Below, piece by piece: positions 9,126-18,854 of a DNA stretch of 25,356 bases. The stretch comes from a bacterium (GTDB taxonomy: Bacteria; DRYD01): NCBI GenBank assembly GCA_039630415.1, contig JBCNVB010000014.1, positions 1 to 25,356 on the forward strand, read 5' to 3'. Both the position numbers and the translations under genes were made by a program. The notes beneath the pieces are model-generated. The model did no database searches. It saw only the letters and a program-made list of their open reading frames with translations, and was not told where the DNA came from. Position 1 is the stretch's first letter. Each line of letters opens with the position of its first letter.

Positions 9126-9702
9126 ACATTTCAGAAAAACCTTTTGTTATATTTTTGATCTTATTCATAACATAATCCTCAAATTCATATACACTTGAGA
9201 AGTATTGTATCTTAGATAGCGAATTAGAGGATAGAAAACTGTGAATTATATCGTCAGTTTTCTGCTTTCCAAATAGATCAACTAAACAAGATATAAACTT
9301 ACGCATATTTGAAAAGGAAGAAAAGGTTGATTCATCCTTTAGAAAATCCTTATAGTTAAAAGTAGTCAAATCAATTCTAAAAAAAATTGGATTTTCATTA
9401 AAAAACACTAGATCGAGAAAAATATCTTCTCTAAAACTGTAACTTTTCTCCTTTTCCTGATCATACAAACCCAGACTAACTATTTTTTTTAATATTCTCG
9501 ATACTCTAGAATATTCTTCCTTTTTTTGCTCAATATTCTTGATATATCCCAAAAAAACAAATATAAGCTGCGATATATCAAAAGTATACTGTTTTTGTAT
9601 GATATCATTTAATTCATCTTTAGTTTCAAAAAAAGATACGATGAGAACTATTTTGTTCTGTTCTATCGATACCCTTTTTACCCTTAGTGGGGTATAACTC
9701 AT
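9103..9702 (-). CDS. Hypothetical soluble protein between kinase and regulator
   Basis: 199-aa ORF. ATGA overlap with the kinase stop and 23-bp overlap with the regulator start. No motif recognised. Confidence 0.75.
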   Translation of the reverse strand: MSYTPLRVKRVSIEQNKIVLIVSFFETKDELNDIIQKQYTFDISQLIFVFLGYIKNIEQKKEEYSRVSRILKKIVSLGLYDQEKEKSYSFREDIFLDLVFFNENPIFFRIDLTTFNYKDFLKDESTFSSFSNMRKFISCLVDLFGKQKTDDIIHSFLSSNSLSKIQYFSSVYEFEDYVMNKIKNITKGFSEMYDQDSDS

Positions 9703-12700
9703 AGAGGTAGTGAGAAAGAGAAAGTTGTTCCTTTATTTAATTCACTTTTAACGAATACTTTACCTTTGTGAAGCTCTATTATTTTCTTGGTAATATACAA
9801 TCCTAAACCTTTACCACTAATTTTTTTCTTTTGAGTTTCCTTTGTTCTATAATATTTTTCGAATATTTTGTCTATTTCAGACGGTGGTATTCCAACACCC
9901 TGATCAGAGACACTAACTATAACCTCTTTATCTAATTGTTCCACACTTATTGTGATTTTTCCACCTACGGGTGAGTACTTAACAGCATTTGACAAAAGAT
10001 TATGAAGTACTTGTTCTATTTTGTCTTTGTCGGCAAAAACTATTACGCTTTGATCTTTGGTATTGATCTCAAAATCAAAATTTATATAGCTAATTTTAAA
10101 TATCTCTACAACTTTATTAATTACCTTTATTATATCGAATTTGACAGGATTTATTTTAAGTATGTTTATCTCTAGTTTTCTAAGATCCATTAAATTATTC
10201 AGCATTCGATTTATTCTATCTATCTCCGAATTAATTACTCTTAAGTAAGAATCTCTTTGATCGTCCGTTATTTTGTCAGAATATCTTAGTAGAGCTGAAA
10301 GGTAACCTTTCATAGTAGTTAGAGGAGTTTTAATATCATGAGATACAGTAGCAACAAAATCATCTTTTTCCTTTTCTAAATTCCTTTGATGAGTTATATC
10401 TTTCAGAACAACAAGATAGTTATAGTTTTCTTGCTGCTCAGTCAAAAACCCATTGGTGATTATAGGAAATGTAAGCAAGGAGAAATTATACCTAATAATC
10501 TTCGATATATCCTCGTAGTCAATTGTAGCCTCTCCTACAACGCTTGTTTTCTGGTTTGAAGATAGATAGATTTCAATTAAATCATCAATGTTAATTATCT
10601 TTTGTACAAGGTCTCCAGTTTTGTCAGCAATAAGTTCATTTATCCTCATACCTCTCGAAACGATGTCCTCTGCTGAGTAATTTACCTGAAGTATATCTAA
10701 TGCACTGTTATTTATTAGTAAAACTCTCTTTTCAAGATCCATAACAATAATACCATCATCCATAACCTCAAAAACTTCAAACAATATTCTTTTATCCTTG
10801 GTATTTATATAATACAAAAACATGTTATTATATACCATGGAAATCATTTTTTGAACAAGAGTTAGGATTTGAATATCAAAAAATGAATAAGCTAAGTTAT
10901 CTGAAAAAGCAACAGCAATTAAATTAGCATACTCCTGGCTAAACTGCCAATATTTAGCATCTGAAAAAGGAATAACAAAAACAAGGTTAGCATTATCAGC
11001 AAAAAAATAATTAATAAAACTAAATTTATCATCGTAAATCTTATCCCTTTCAAATATCATAACCTTATTTAGCGATAATAAAACTTCACGAGGTAGACTT
11101 ATGGTGGAAGGTAAATCATGTTTTAAGTTAGATTTGGCATACTCTAGTTTAAACTCAACCCAGTTCTTTATTATAAAATCCTTTTTATCCCTATATACCA
11201 CGAGAGTGTTGAATTCCAATTTCGAAAGTATAAGATATATGTATTCAAATAGCTGTTCTATGGTTAAACTATTCTGAAAATGTAATTTATCCAGGAAATC
11301 CTGTATTAGTGCATATATCTGTCTAAGCTTCTCTAGAATTTCCTGATTCTTGAGGATTCTCAACCTTCTTGATAGTTCCTTACCAATGAAAAGCAAAAAA
11401 TTTTTTTCCTCATTGTTTAATTCAATCCTACTATTGAAAAGTAATATCAAGCTACCAATTTTTTCATCCGATAAGGTTAGAGGAATTGTAAGTATAGACT
11501 TAATATTTGTACGCTGAAAATCAACAAAAAAATCAGAGATAGTTTGAAATTCTTGATCACCCTTATGAATTAGATTAAAATTAGATAGGAAGTTAGTAAT
11601 GATACTAGGACTAAACTTTGTCAAAACCTCACCAAAAGTAACTCTAACCTTATCTTGCAAATAATCAGGAATACTATAAAAAGTAATCCTTTCAAATCTG
11701 CTTATAATCTTATTGTAAACGATACAAACAGCAGAATTTACGCGATATGTTATAAAAGAATCAAGTATTCTAACAAGCATGGAGAATTTATTTTCAAAAT
11801 CATTAAAACTACTCAAAGAGTAAATATATTTGAGAAACTCATCCCTATTTTTAGCATAATTTACTTTATTCTCAAGAGCTATCATTTTTTCCTGATACGA
11901 ATGAATTTCCTGCTCCAGCTTCCTTATCTTACTATATAAACCCTTAACTTCATCTCTTTTATGCCTTAATTCAGATTTGTAATTATCAAAAATAGAATTT
12001 AAAATACATACAAATTCCAAAAAGTTTTTCAGTATACCAATTTGTCTATGGATATTCTCAGAAACATTTGAGTTGGATCTTGAATCATTTATAAAAATTA
12101 TATCAAATACAATGCACTCAGAGGCATACTTGATAAAAAAACAGAAAGTACCATTGAAATTAACACTACTAGGTAAATCTAGATCATTTAGTTTGTGATA
12201 CGAGTAGTTATAGATCAAGTTAGAAAATTTCTGATACTTTGGATTGATTTTAATTAATTCAAATCTACTTCTAGATTTCGAAGAGTAAACATAAACAGCA
12301 GCACAGTTCGATACATCAAATATAATATCAATAACCTTAACAATTACATTATCAATAGTGAATTTGTTATCTGGTAAAAGCTCATTTATTATAGCCAAAA
12401 TCCTCCTGAATATATAGCTATCCAACAGTTTTTTTGATCCATGGTAGAACAACGCCATTTTAGAAAAAAGACTAATAAATATCTCATTCCATTTATCCTC
12501 AAATTCACTAGAAAGATCGGATAAAGAAAAGACACCAAATGGAATCTGATTACCTAACCTACTGCATATATACCCCTTTACCTTTGAAAATCTACAAGAA
12601 GAACAGTTAACAGAATAATTCTTCTTTACAGCTGGACACACTTCCAACAAAGCTTCCCAATTATTTATCTCACAAGGCAAATTACCATAACTTTTCTCCT

Positions 12701-13280
12701 CTTGAAATAAAAATGCTACACGTAAATCTATTCCAAGAGCAGATATAAAATTTATGAATTCTCCTACATCAAATCTATCTTGCCCTACGTTTTGTATAAT
12801 CCATCCCGAAATATCCTTTACTATCTCGTTTATATCAAAGCTGTGCAATTTACTACTCATTAAAACACCTATATTATCAGCCCAACTTATTAACTCATTT
12901 AAATCTTTAATATCAAATTTTTTGTCCCTTATAACTGTTAAAGTACCTATACATAGATTATTAAACTTGACCGGAACAACTAGAATTGATAACATTTGAC
13001 TAGAAAGATGAGTATTAATCGTTCTGGGATCCTTAGTTGTATCCAGAACAACTATAGGAATATTTTCTTCATAACATACTCTCTCTAATCGATCGACTAT
13101 ATTTTTATGGAAAGATGAACAATCCCTATCAACACCCAAATGATTTATACAGAAAGAAGAATGCTCATCAAATTCTAAGTAGTATACCTCTTTGGCCTTA
13201 AACCTGTTTTCTATTTGAGCCAGAATATTCCTTAAGGTATCTTGCTTAGCCTTATACCTAACATTTTGAAAAATGTTCAT
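9699..13280 (-). CDS. Large multi-GAF/PAS sensor histidine kinase (HisKA + HATPase_c)
   Basis: H-box VSHDIKTPLT, N-box QVLHNLLSNAVKYS, G1 DQGVGIP, F-box IFEKYYR, G2 GKGLGL. PAS MDDGIIVMD....LLINNSA. GAF cores SILVVPVK....IGTL and SILTIPL....KIGSL. No obvious TM helix. Confidence 0.93.
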   Translation of the reverse strand: MNIFQNVRYKAKQDTLRNILAQIENRFKAKEVYYLEFDEHSSFCINHLGVDRDCSSFHKNIVDRLERVCYEENIPIVVLDTTKDPRTINTHLSSQMLSILVVPVKFNNLCIGTLTVIRDKKFDIKDLNELISWADNIGVLMSSKLHSFDINEIVKDISGWIIQNVGQDRFDVGEFINFISALGIDLRVAFLFQEEKSYGNLPCEINNWEALLEVCPAVKKNYSVNCSSCRFSKVKGYICSRLGNQIPFGVFSLSDLSSEFEDKWNEIFISLFSKMALFYHGSKKLLDSYIFRRILAIINELLPDNKFTIDNVIVKVIDIIFDVSNCAAVYVYSSKSRSRFELIKINPKYQKFSNLIYNYSYHKLNDLDLPSSVNFNGTFCFFIKYASECIVFDIIFINDSRSNSNVSENIHRQIGILKNFLEFVCILNSIFDNYKSELRHKRDEVKGLYSKIRKLEQEIHSYQEKMIALENKVNYAKNRDEFLKYIYSLSSFNDFENKFSMLVRILDSFITYRVNSAVCIVYNKIISRFERITFYSIPDYLQDKVRVTFGEVLTKFSPSIITNFLSNFNLIHKGDQEFQTISDFFVDFQRTNIKSILTIPLTLSDEKIGSLILLFNSRIELNNEEKNFLLFIGKELSRRLRILKNQEILEKLRQIYALIQDFLDKLHFQNSLTIEQLFEYIYLILSKLEFNTLVVYRDKKDFIIKNWVEFKLEYAKSNLKHDLPSTISLPREVLLSLNKVMIFERDKIYDDKFSFINYFFADNANLVFVIPFSDAKYWQFSQEYANLIAVAFSDNLAYSFFDIQILTLVQKMISMVYNNMFLYYINTKDKRILFEVFEVMDDGIIVMDLEKRVLLINNSALDILQVNYSAEDIVSRGMRINELIADKTGDLVQKIINIDDLIEIYLSSNQKTSVVGEATIDYEDISKIIRYNFSLLTFPIITNGFLTEQQENYNYLVVLKDITHQRNLEKEKDDFVATVSHDIKTPLTTMKGYLSALLRYSDKITDDQRDSYLRVINSEIDRINRMLNNLMDLRKLEINILKINPVKFDIIKVINKVVEIFKISYINFDFEINTKDQSVIVFADKDKIEQVLHNLLSNAVKYSPVGGKITISVEQLDKEVIVSVSDQGVGIPPSEIDKIFEKYYRTKETQKKKISGKGLGLYITKKIIELHKGKVFVKSELNKGTTFSFSLPL

Positions 13281-15187
13281 ATATCTAGATCATTAAATGA
13301 AACAGATAAAGCATTTTGTAGGATTATTTTCTTTCTTTCCTCAACATCAATACCCATAAGAATGTTTATAATTTTTTCTGCTTTTTCCGCATCATCGAGT
13401 GAAACCTTCTTAAGTATTCTAGTTCTGGGATTCATTATAGTTTCCCAGAGTTGATCAGGATTCATCTCTCCCAACCCCTTAAACCTTTGAACACTAAATT
13501 TGTTCAAACCCTTTATCTCCTTTTCTAGTTCCTTTTGGGTATATACGTACTTATACTGCCCATTACATACTATTCGGTAAAGTGGACTGTGAGCAAGATA
13601 CAAATAACCATGATAAATCAAAGGTTTCATAAATCTATAGAAGAAAGTAAGCAATAGTGTTCTTATATGGTAGCCATCAACATCTGCATCAGTTGCTATT
13701 ATTACCTTCGAATATCTAATTCTAGATAAATCTACTGATTTGCCTTCATAATCTATTCCACATCCAAGAGCTGCTACTATCGACCTTATTTCGTTGTTTT
13801 GTAAGATCTTATCTATATTTGACTTTTCAACATTTATAATCTTTCCTTTTAATGGTAGTACTGCCTGAGTGTTTCTATCTCTAGCATTTTTTGCAGACCC
13901 TCCAGCACTATCACCCTCAACTATGTATATTTCTCTTTTCGAAATATCCTTAGAAATGCAGTCAGCTAATTTACCTGCTACAGTATATAGAATCTCAGAT
14001 TTTGATTTGACTATTACTAATTGTTTTGCTCTTTTAGCAGCTAATCTCGCTTTATATGAGATTAGAGCTTTATTTAAAATTATGTTTATTATCTCCTGAT
14101 TAGAGTCGAATATTTTCTTGATATTGTTCATTACAGTGTTTTCGATAGCATTTTTTACTTCTGGACTAACCAACTTTGCTTTTGTTTGACCCTCAAACTG
14201 AGGATTAGGAATTTTAACCGATATGATATATACCATTGACTGCCTTATATCATCACCCGTTAAGTTCACATCTTTTTCCTTTATCGATTCCAGAGCAAAA
14301 GCATTCACCAGTTTAGTAAATGAATTTCTGAAGCTAGTAAGATGAGTCCCACCATCAACCGTATTTATATTGTTTGCAAAACATTTACATATCTCAATAT
14401 CAGAATCAGTATGAACAAAAGCTATTTCCACAACTATATCGCCATATACATTCTTAACATACTGAATCTCATAACTTTTTTGAAAGGAATTCTTGTCCAG
14501 AATATTTTGGATAAAATCCGATATTCCACCAGGGTATCTTATTATCTTCTCCGTTTTAGTGTTTTGATCGATAAAATGTATAGTTACAAACGGGTTGAGA
14601 TAAGCTAGCTCTTCCAATCTTTCCATTACATAGCTAGGATCAAAACTGATTGTTTTGAATATTAAGCTATCAGGTTTAAATTTTATAATAGTTCCTGTTT
14701 TGCCTGTTTTACCTTTCTTTTGAAGAGGGGTTGTAGGTATTCCTCTTTGATAAGACTGTGTCCATATGTACCCATCTCTGTGTATTTCTGCTATGAGATA
14801 CTCCGATAGTGCATTAACAACAGATATACCTACGCCGTGTAGTCCCCCAGATATTTTGTACACTTTATCGGAGAATTTAGCTCCCGAATGAAGAACAGTA
14901 AGAACCACTTCCAGAGCGGATTTACCCTCCGAAGGAACAATATCAACAGGAATTCCTCTCCCATTATCTTCCACAATACATTCATTGTCCTTTGTAAGGA
15001 TTACCTTTATATAATCGCAGTAGCCTGCTACAGCTTCGTCTATACTATTATCCACTACCTCGTTTATTAAGTGATGAAGTCCCTTCTTATCGGTAGAGCC
15101 TATGTACATTGCGGGACGTTGTCTAACAGCTTCCAGTCCCTTTAAAACCTTTATATCCTTTCCACTATAACTACTCTTAACAGTCAT
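13277..15187 (-). CDS. gyrB: Type IIA topoisomerase B subunit (DNA gyrase subunit B most likely; ParE not excluded)
   Basis: VLKGLEAVR.RP.MYIG, EVVDNSIDE, DNGRGIP, SGGLHGVG, EGDSAGG, PLKGK, DADVDG and RFKGLGEM motifs; GyrB-like C-terminus ...NDLDI. Confidence 0.85.
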   Translation of the reverse strand: MTVKSSYSGKDIKVLKGLEAVRQRPAMYIGSTDKKGLHHLINEVVDNSIDEAVAGYCDYIKVILTKDNECIVEDNGRGIPVDIVPSEGKSALEVVLTVLHSGAKFSDKVYKISGGLHGVGISVVNALSEYLIAEIHRDGYIWTQSYQRGIPTTPLQKKGKTGKTGTIIKFKPDSLIFKTISFDPSYVMERLEELAYLNPFVTIHFIDQNTKTEKIIRYPGGISDFIQNILDKNSFQKSYEIQYVKNVYGDIVVEIAFVHTDSDIEICKCFANNINTVDGGTHLTSFRNSFTKLVNAFALESIKEKDVNLTGDDIRQSMVYIISVKIPNPQFEGQTKAKLVSPEVKNAIENTVMNNIKKIFDSNQEIINIILNKALISYKARLAAKRAKQLVIVKSKSEILYTVAGKLADCISKDISKREIYIVEGDSAGGSAKNARDRNTQAVLPLKGKIINVEKSNIDKILQNNEIRSIVAALGCGIDYEGKSVDLSRIRYSKVIIATDADVDGYHIRTLLLTFFYRFMKPLIYHGYLYLAHSPLYRIVCNGQYKYVYTQKELEKEIKGLNKFSVQRFKGLGEMNPDQLWETIMNPRTRILKKVSLDDAEKAEKIINILMGIDVEERKKIILQNALSVSFNDLDI

Positions 15188-15405
15188 ATCTTGTACTTAT
15201 CCTTTTGCTTGATTTCTTTCCTTATCTTTACAATAAATGATATTAAAAAACCAATTACCAAACCTACAAATAACCCCAATACCAACATTATAAAATTACT
15301 GCCGGGGAAAAAATTAAACAAACTACCCACTAGAAAACCAATTATACCAAAAACTATACTAAATAAAGCGATATACAGATAAGTGAATTTATCCTCACTA
15401 CTCAC
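15184..15405 (-). CDS. Small two-TM membrane protein (possibly AtpZ/AtpI-like)
   Basis: 73 aa with a GTG start, two Gly-rich hydrophobic helices and a basic tail. Its stop overlaps the gyrB start (ATGA). The family guess rests on overall pattern only. Confidence 0.65.
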   Translation of the reverse strand: MSSEDKFTYLYIALFSIVFGIIGFLVGSLFNFFPGSNFIMLVLGLFVGLVIGFLISFIVKIRKEIKQKDKYKI

Positions 15406-15434
15406 TAGAATATTATTTCTCTAACTAGAAAAAA

Positions 15435-16457
15435 TTATCCTTTAGCTTCTATAACCTTGATTCTATGGTATAGTTCCTTTACTACAGGTAAATCCAACTT
15501 ATTATAATATTTAAACCAGCCAAGATAGTACTCCACTTCAGTTCTTCTTCTGTATATAACAAGATCTCTGTAAAAAGAGGGAATCCTATAATCCCTAAGT
15601 AATCTTACCAACCAATCCATAGAGTAGAGAATTTTGAAAATTTGTAAAGGACAGTATTTGTAGAAATTACATATCAAAGTTGTATTATAACCTTTAAAGT
15701 TGTAGAGTGTTAATCCCATAACTTGCATAAGATTCAATATTTCAATAATTAGCTGCTTTTCAAAGTTTATAGCTTGCTCATTATTTCTGTATACTTTCCA
15801 AGGCTCTAGACAAAAAGAAGCAGGTACAACATTCAAAATCAAATTCAATATTAGCTTTGAAAATCTCACACTAAGATGATCCCTGGAAAACGAAAAATGA
15901 CAGTATTTACTATTTATTTTAGGAGTAAAATTTTTAAACGCTTCATCTATAGCCTTAACATCACTACTACTAACATAAGTTAAAATTGCCTGAGACTTAT
16001 AAGGATTATATACTATCAAATTCTGTTTTTCAAAATCTAACGCAGTAGTAAGTGTAAGATAGTATATATTCTTCTCAAATATTTGAGCTATTTCATTTTC
16101 TAGTCCTATACCATTTTGGGTAAGAACAACGTTTTGTATTTCATATTCCCTCTTAAGAGTTTGTAAGTAATCCACAGCATCATACGATTTTGTACATATA
16201 AAAAGGTAATCAATTTCAATTTTTTCGGGTAAAGCTTCTATTTCGTCAACCACATAACTACCAAGAACTCTATACTTATTTCTGAAAATAATCTGATATG
16301 ACCTTAGTTTATCCCTTTTAGAGTAAACAAAAACATTATTTTGATTATTTTTGAGTAAAAAGTAGAGAAATGATCCAATCGATCCAAACCCAGCTATTAC
16401 ACAATTTTTTGTAGTATTTATATCACTTCTATTGTCTGATGTATCTTTCCAATTCAT
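15435..16457 (-). CDS. panE: Ketopantoate reductase (PanE/ApbA) family protein
   Basis: GFGSIG Rossmann motif, CTKSYD, QNGIG, SKLILNL..N (catalytic Lys), PSFYRDL and RTEVEY..G (catalytic Glu). Confidence 0.8.
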   Translation of the reverse strand: MNWKDTSDNRSDINTTKNCVIAGFGSIGSFLYFLLKNNQNNVFVYSKRDKLRSYQIIFRNKYRVLGSYVVDEIEALPEKIEIDYLFICTKSYDAVDYLQTLKREYEIQNVVLTQNGIGLENEIAQIFEKNIYYLTLTTALDFEKQNLIVYNPYKSQAILTYVSSSDVKAIDEAFKNFTPKINSKYCHFSFSRDHLSVRFSKLILNLILNVVPASFCLEPWKVYRNNEQAINFEKQLIIEILNLMQVMGLTLYNFKGYNTTLICNFYKYCPLQIFKILYSMDWLVRLLRDYRIPSFYRDLVIYRRRTEVEYYLGWFKYYNKLDLPVVKELYHRIKVIEAKG

Positions 16458-16905
16458 TTAGCTGCTGCCTATTACCCACACATACTAAGATATCTTCTTT
16501 ATTAAGTTTAAAATTGATCGGATCAGGATTAAGTATAAACTCTTCTTTTCTTACAACTCCAATTACAGAAACTCCCGTCTTTGCTCTGATATCTAACTCC
16601 GATATTGTCTTATCAATAAACTTACTCCCAGAAGGAATCTTTAACCATTCAAATATTATCTGCTTTTGAAAATATTCTACCTTATCTTTGGTCACAGTTT
16701 TATAGAAAGTTTCTGTTAAAATCATTCCTAAATTCTTTGAATCCTCCCGTGTAAGAGTAACCTCAAAAACTATTTCATCCTCTTTTAAAAAATAAAGGTG
16801 TTTTATACCACTTTCATATACAATCACATTTATTTCATATTCAGGGATATTTATGATATACTTTTTTCCTATACCTGGTAGATCTATTTCTTCAAAAAAA
16901 CTCAT
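16429..16905 (-). CDS. KhtT-like cation:proton antiporter regulatory subunit (TrkA-C/RCK_C domain)
   Basis: N-terminal DLPGIGKKY and C-terminal RCK_C KTISELDIRAKTGVSVIGVVR....LNPDP; 158 aa. Confidence 0.88.
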   Translation of the reverse strand: MSFFEEIDLPGIGKKYIINIPEYEINVIVYESGIKHLYFLKEDEIVFEVTLTREDSKNLGMILTETFYKTVTKDKVEYFQKQIIFEWLKIPSGSKFIDKTISELDIRAKTGVSVIGVVRKEEFILNPDPINFKLNKEDILVCVGNRQQLNELERYIRQ

Positions 16906-18788
16906 CTACTAGAATCGAAAAAAGTTTGGATAAATTGTTCTACAGTCATTTGTCCCAGATCACCTTCTGGTCTTTTTCTGACACTTATTAATCCCGAATC
17001 TTGTTCTTTTTTCCCAACTATTACTATTAGAGGTATTTTTTGTGTTTCAGCCATTCTTATCTTGTAAGATAACCTTTCAGGTTCTAGATTTATTTCAACT
17101 CTTATTCTATTTTGTTTTAGTGTTTGGTAAACTTGTAGTGAGTATTCGTTAAATTTTTCAGAAATTGGTAGTATAATAACCTGCGTTGGTGCCAACCAAA
17201 TTGGAAATTCACCCTTGTAATGTTCTATTAGTACTCCAAAAAATCTCTCAAAAGAACCAAGAATAGCTCTGTGAATCATTACAGGTGTATGTCTAGAATT
17301 ATCCTGCCCAACATATGTTAGATTGAACCTTTTTGGTAGATTAAAATCTAGCTGAATGGTAGAGCATTGCCATTTTCTATCCAGAGCATCAGTAATTTCC
17401 ACATCTATTTTGGGACCGTAGAAAGCCCCTTCTCCCTGATTTATTACGTATTTTACCCCTACCTTTTCCAAAGCATTTTTCAATGATTGCTCTGCTAAGT
17501 TCCATAATTCCTCTTCACCCACAAACTCCTCTGGTCTCGTGCTTAAATAAACTAAATAATTATCAAATCCAAACTTAGTCAATATTTCTCTTGTCAAGTT
17601 TATCAAGCTAATTATCTCATCTTCTACTTGTTCGGGTGTACAGAATATATGAGCATCATCTTGTGTAAATCCCCTAACTCTCATTAAACCATGCAGTACT
17701 CCTGATTTTTCATACCTATAAACTGTTCCATACTCCGCTATTCTGAGAGGTAACTCTTTGTAGCTTCTTATCTTACTTTGATATATTTTGATATGAAATG
17801 GACAGTTCATTGGTTTTAGTACAAATTCTTGCTCTTCCTGAGTTTTCATTATTGGAAACATGTATTTGTTGTAAACTTGTAAATGTCCACTTACCTTCCA
17901 TAATTCTGAGTTGGCTATATGTGGAGTTCTTACGAAAACGTAGTCATTTTCCTCCAATTTTTCCCTTAAGAATTGTTCTATTACGCTTCTAATTTTTTCT
18001 CCCTTAGGTAGCCATATGATTAGCCCTCCACCTACTGAGGTATCTATTTCAAAGAGTTCCAATTGCTTTCCTAGTAACCTATGATCCCTTCTTTTAGCCT
18101 CTTCACGTTTGTTTAAAAACTCTGTTAATTCCTGCTCAGAAAAGAAAGCCGTACCATATATTCTTTGGAGCATTTTATTTTTTTCGTCGCCTTTCCAATA
18201 AGCTCCACTTACAGATAAAAGCTTGAAGTACTTTATTTTCCCCGTTGATAACACATGTGGTCCTCTACAAAGATCCACAAATTCTCCTTGCCTATATATC
18301 GATACAATTTCGTCTTTTATATCCTCCTGCAGAAGAATTATTTTATACGTTTCTTTCAATTCTTCGAATAATTTCATTGCTTCCTGTTTATGTAATTCTT
18401 GTCTTGTTATTGCTAAGTTTTCATCTGCTATCTTCTTCATTTCTTGTTCTATAGTAGCTAGGTCATTTTCGGATATAGGTTGTTCAAAATCTATATCGTA
18501 GTAGAATCCTATGTCTATAGGTGGACCAATTGTTATTTTTGCTTTATCTTTGTAAATTCTCTTTATAGCTTGAGCCATTAGGTGAGCTGTGCTATGTCTA
18601 AGTACTTCTAAAGCTCGTGGATCTTCTTTTCCTATTAAATTTACATCCTTATCTTGATCACTTAGAGTATAGCTAAGATCTACTAATTTACCATCTATTT
18701 CGGCAACTATATATTCATCCTCATTAATCCCTCTTTCTCGAATTATTTCTATAATTTTTTTACCTGCTTGAAAATTTTCTAACCTCAT
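16902..18788 (-). CDS. thrS: Threonine--tRNA ligase
   Basis: RHSTAH and DLCRGPH editing motifs, RDHR, KPMNCPFH, QDDAHIF, AFYGPKID and IHRAILGSFERF. Confidence 0.99.
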   Translation of the reverse strand: MRLENFQAGKKIIEIIRERGINEDEYIVAEIDGKLVDLSYTLSDQDKDVNLIGKEDPRALEVLRHSTAHLMAQAIKRIYKDKAKITIGPPIDIGFYYDIDFEQPISENDLATIEQEMKKIADENLAITRQELHKQEAMKLFEELKETYKIILLQEDIKDEIVSIYRQGEFVDLCRGPHVLSTGKIKYFKLLSVSGAYWKGDEKNKMLQRIYGTAFFSEQELTEFLNKREEAKRRDHRLLGKQLELFEIDTSVGGGLIIWLPKGEKIRSVIEQFLREKLEENDYVFVRTPHIANSELWKVSGHLQVYNKYMFPIMKTQEEQEFVLKPMNCPFHIKIYQSKIRSYKELPLRIAEYGTVYRYEKSGVLHGLMRVRGFTQDDAHIFCTPEQVEDEIISLINLTREILTKFGFDNYLVYLSTRPEEFVGEEELWNLAEQSLKNALEKVGVKYVINQGEGAFYGPKIDVEITDALDRKWQCSTIQLDFNLPKRFNLTYVGQDNSRHTPVMIHRAILGSFERFFGVLIEHYKGEFPIWLAPTQVIILPISEKFNEYSLQVYQTLKQNRIRVEINLEPERLSYKIRMAETQKIPLIVIVGKKEQDSGLISVRKRPEGDLGQMTVEQFIQTFFDSSR

Positions 18789-18821
18789 ATTAATGTAATT
18801 ATTTACTTCATTGTTAAACTC

Positions 18822-18854
18822 AAACTATCCTGCTTAAATTTTTAGCAGTAGTTT
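18822..18854 (-). terminator. Imperfect hairpin between the orphan gene and thrS; possible terminator or attenuator
   Basis: Minus strand AAACTACTGCT-AAAAATTTA-AGCAG(GA)TAGTTT forms an 11-bp stem with a 2-nt bulge. The U-tract after it is poor. Confidence 0.4.
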
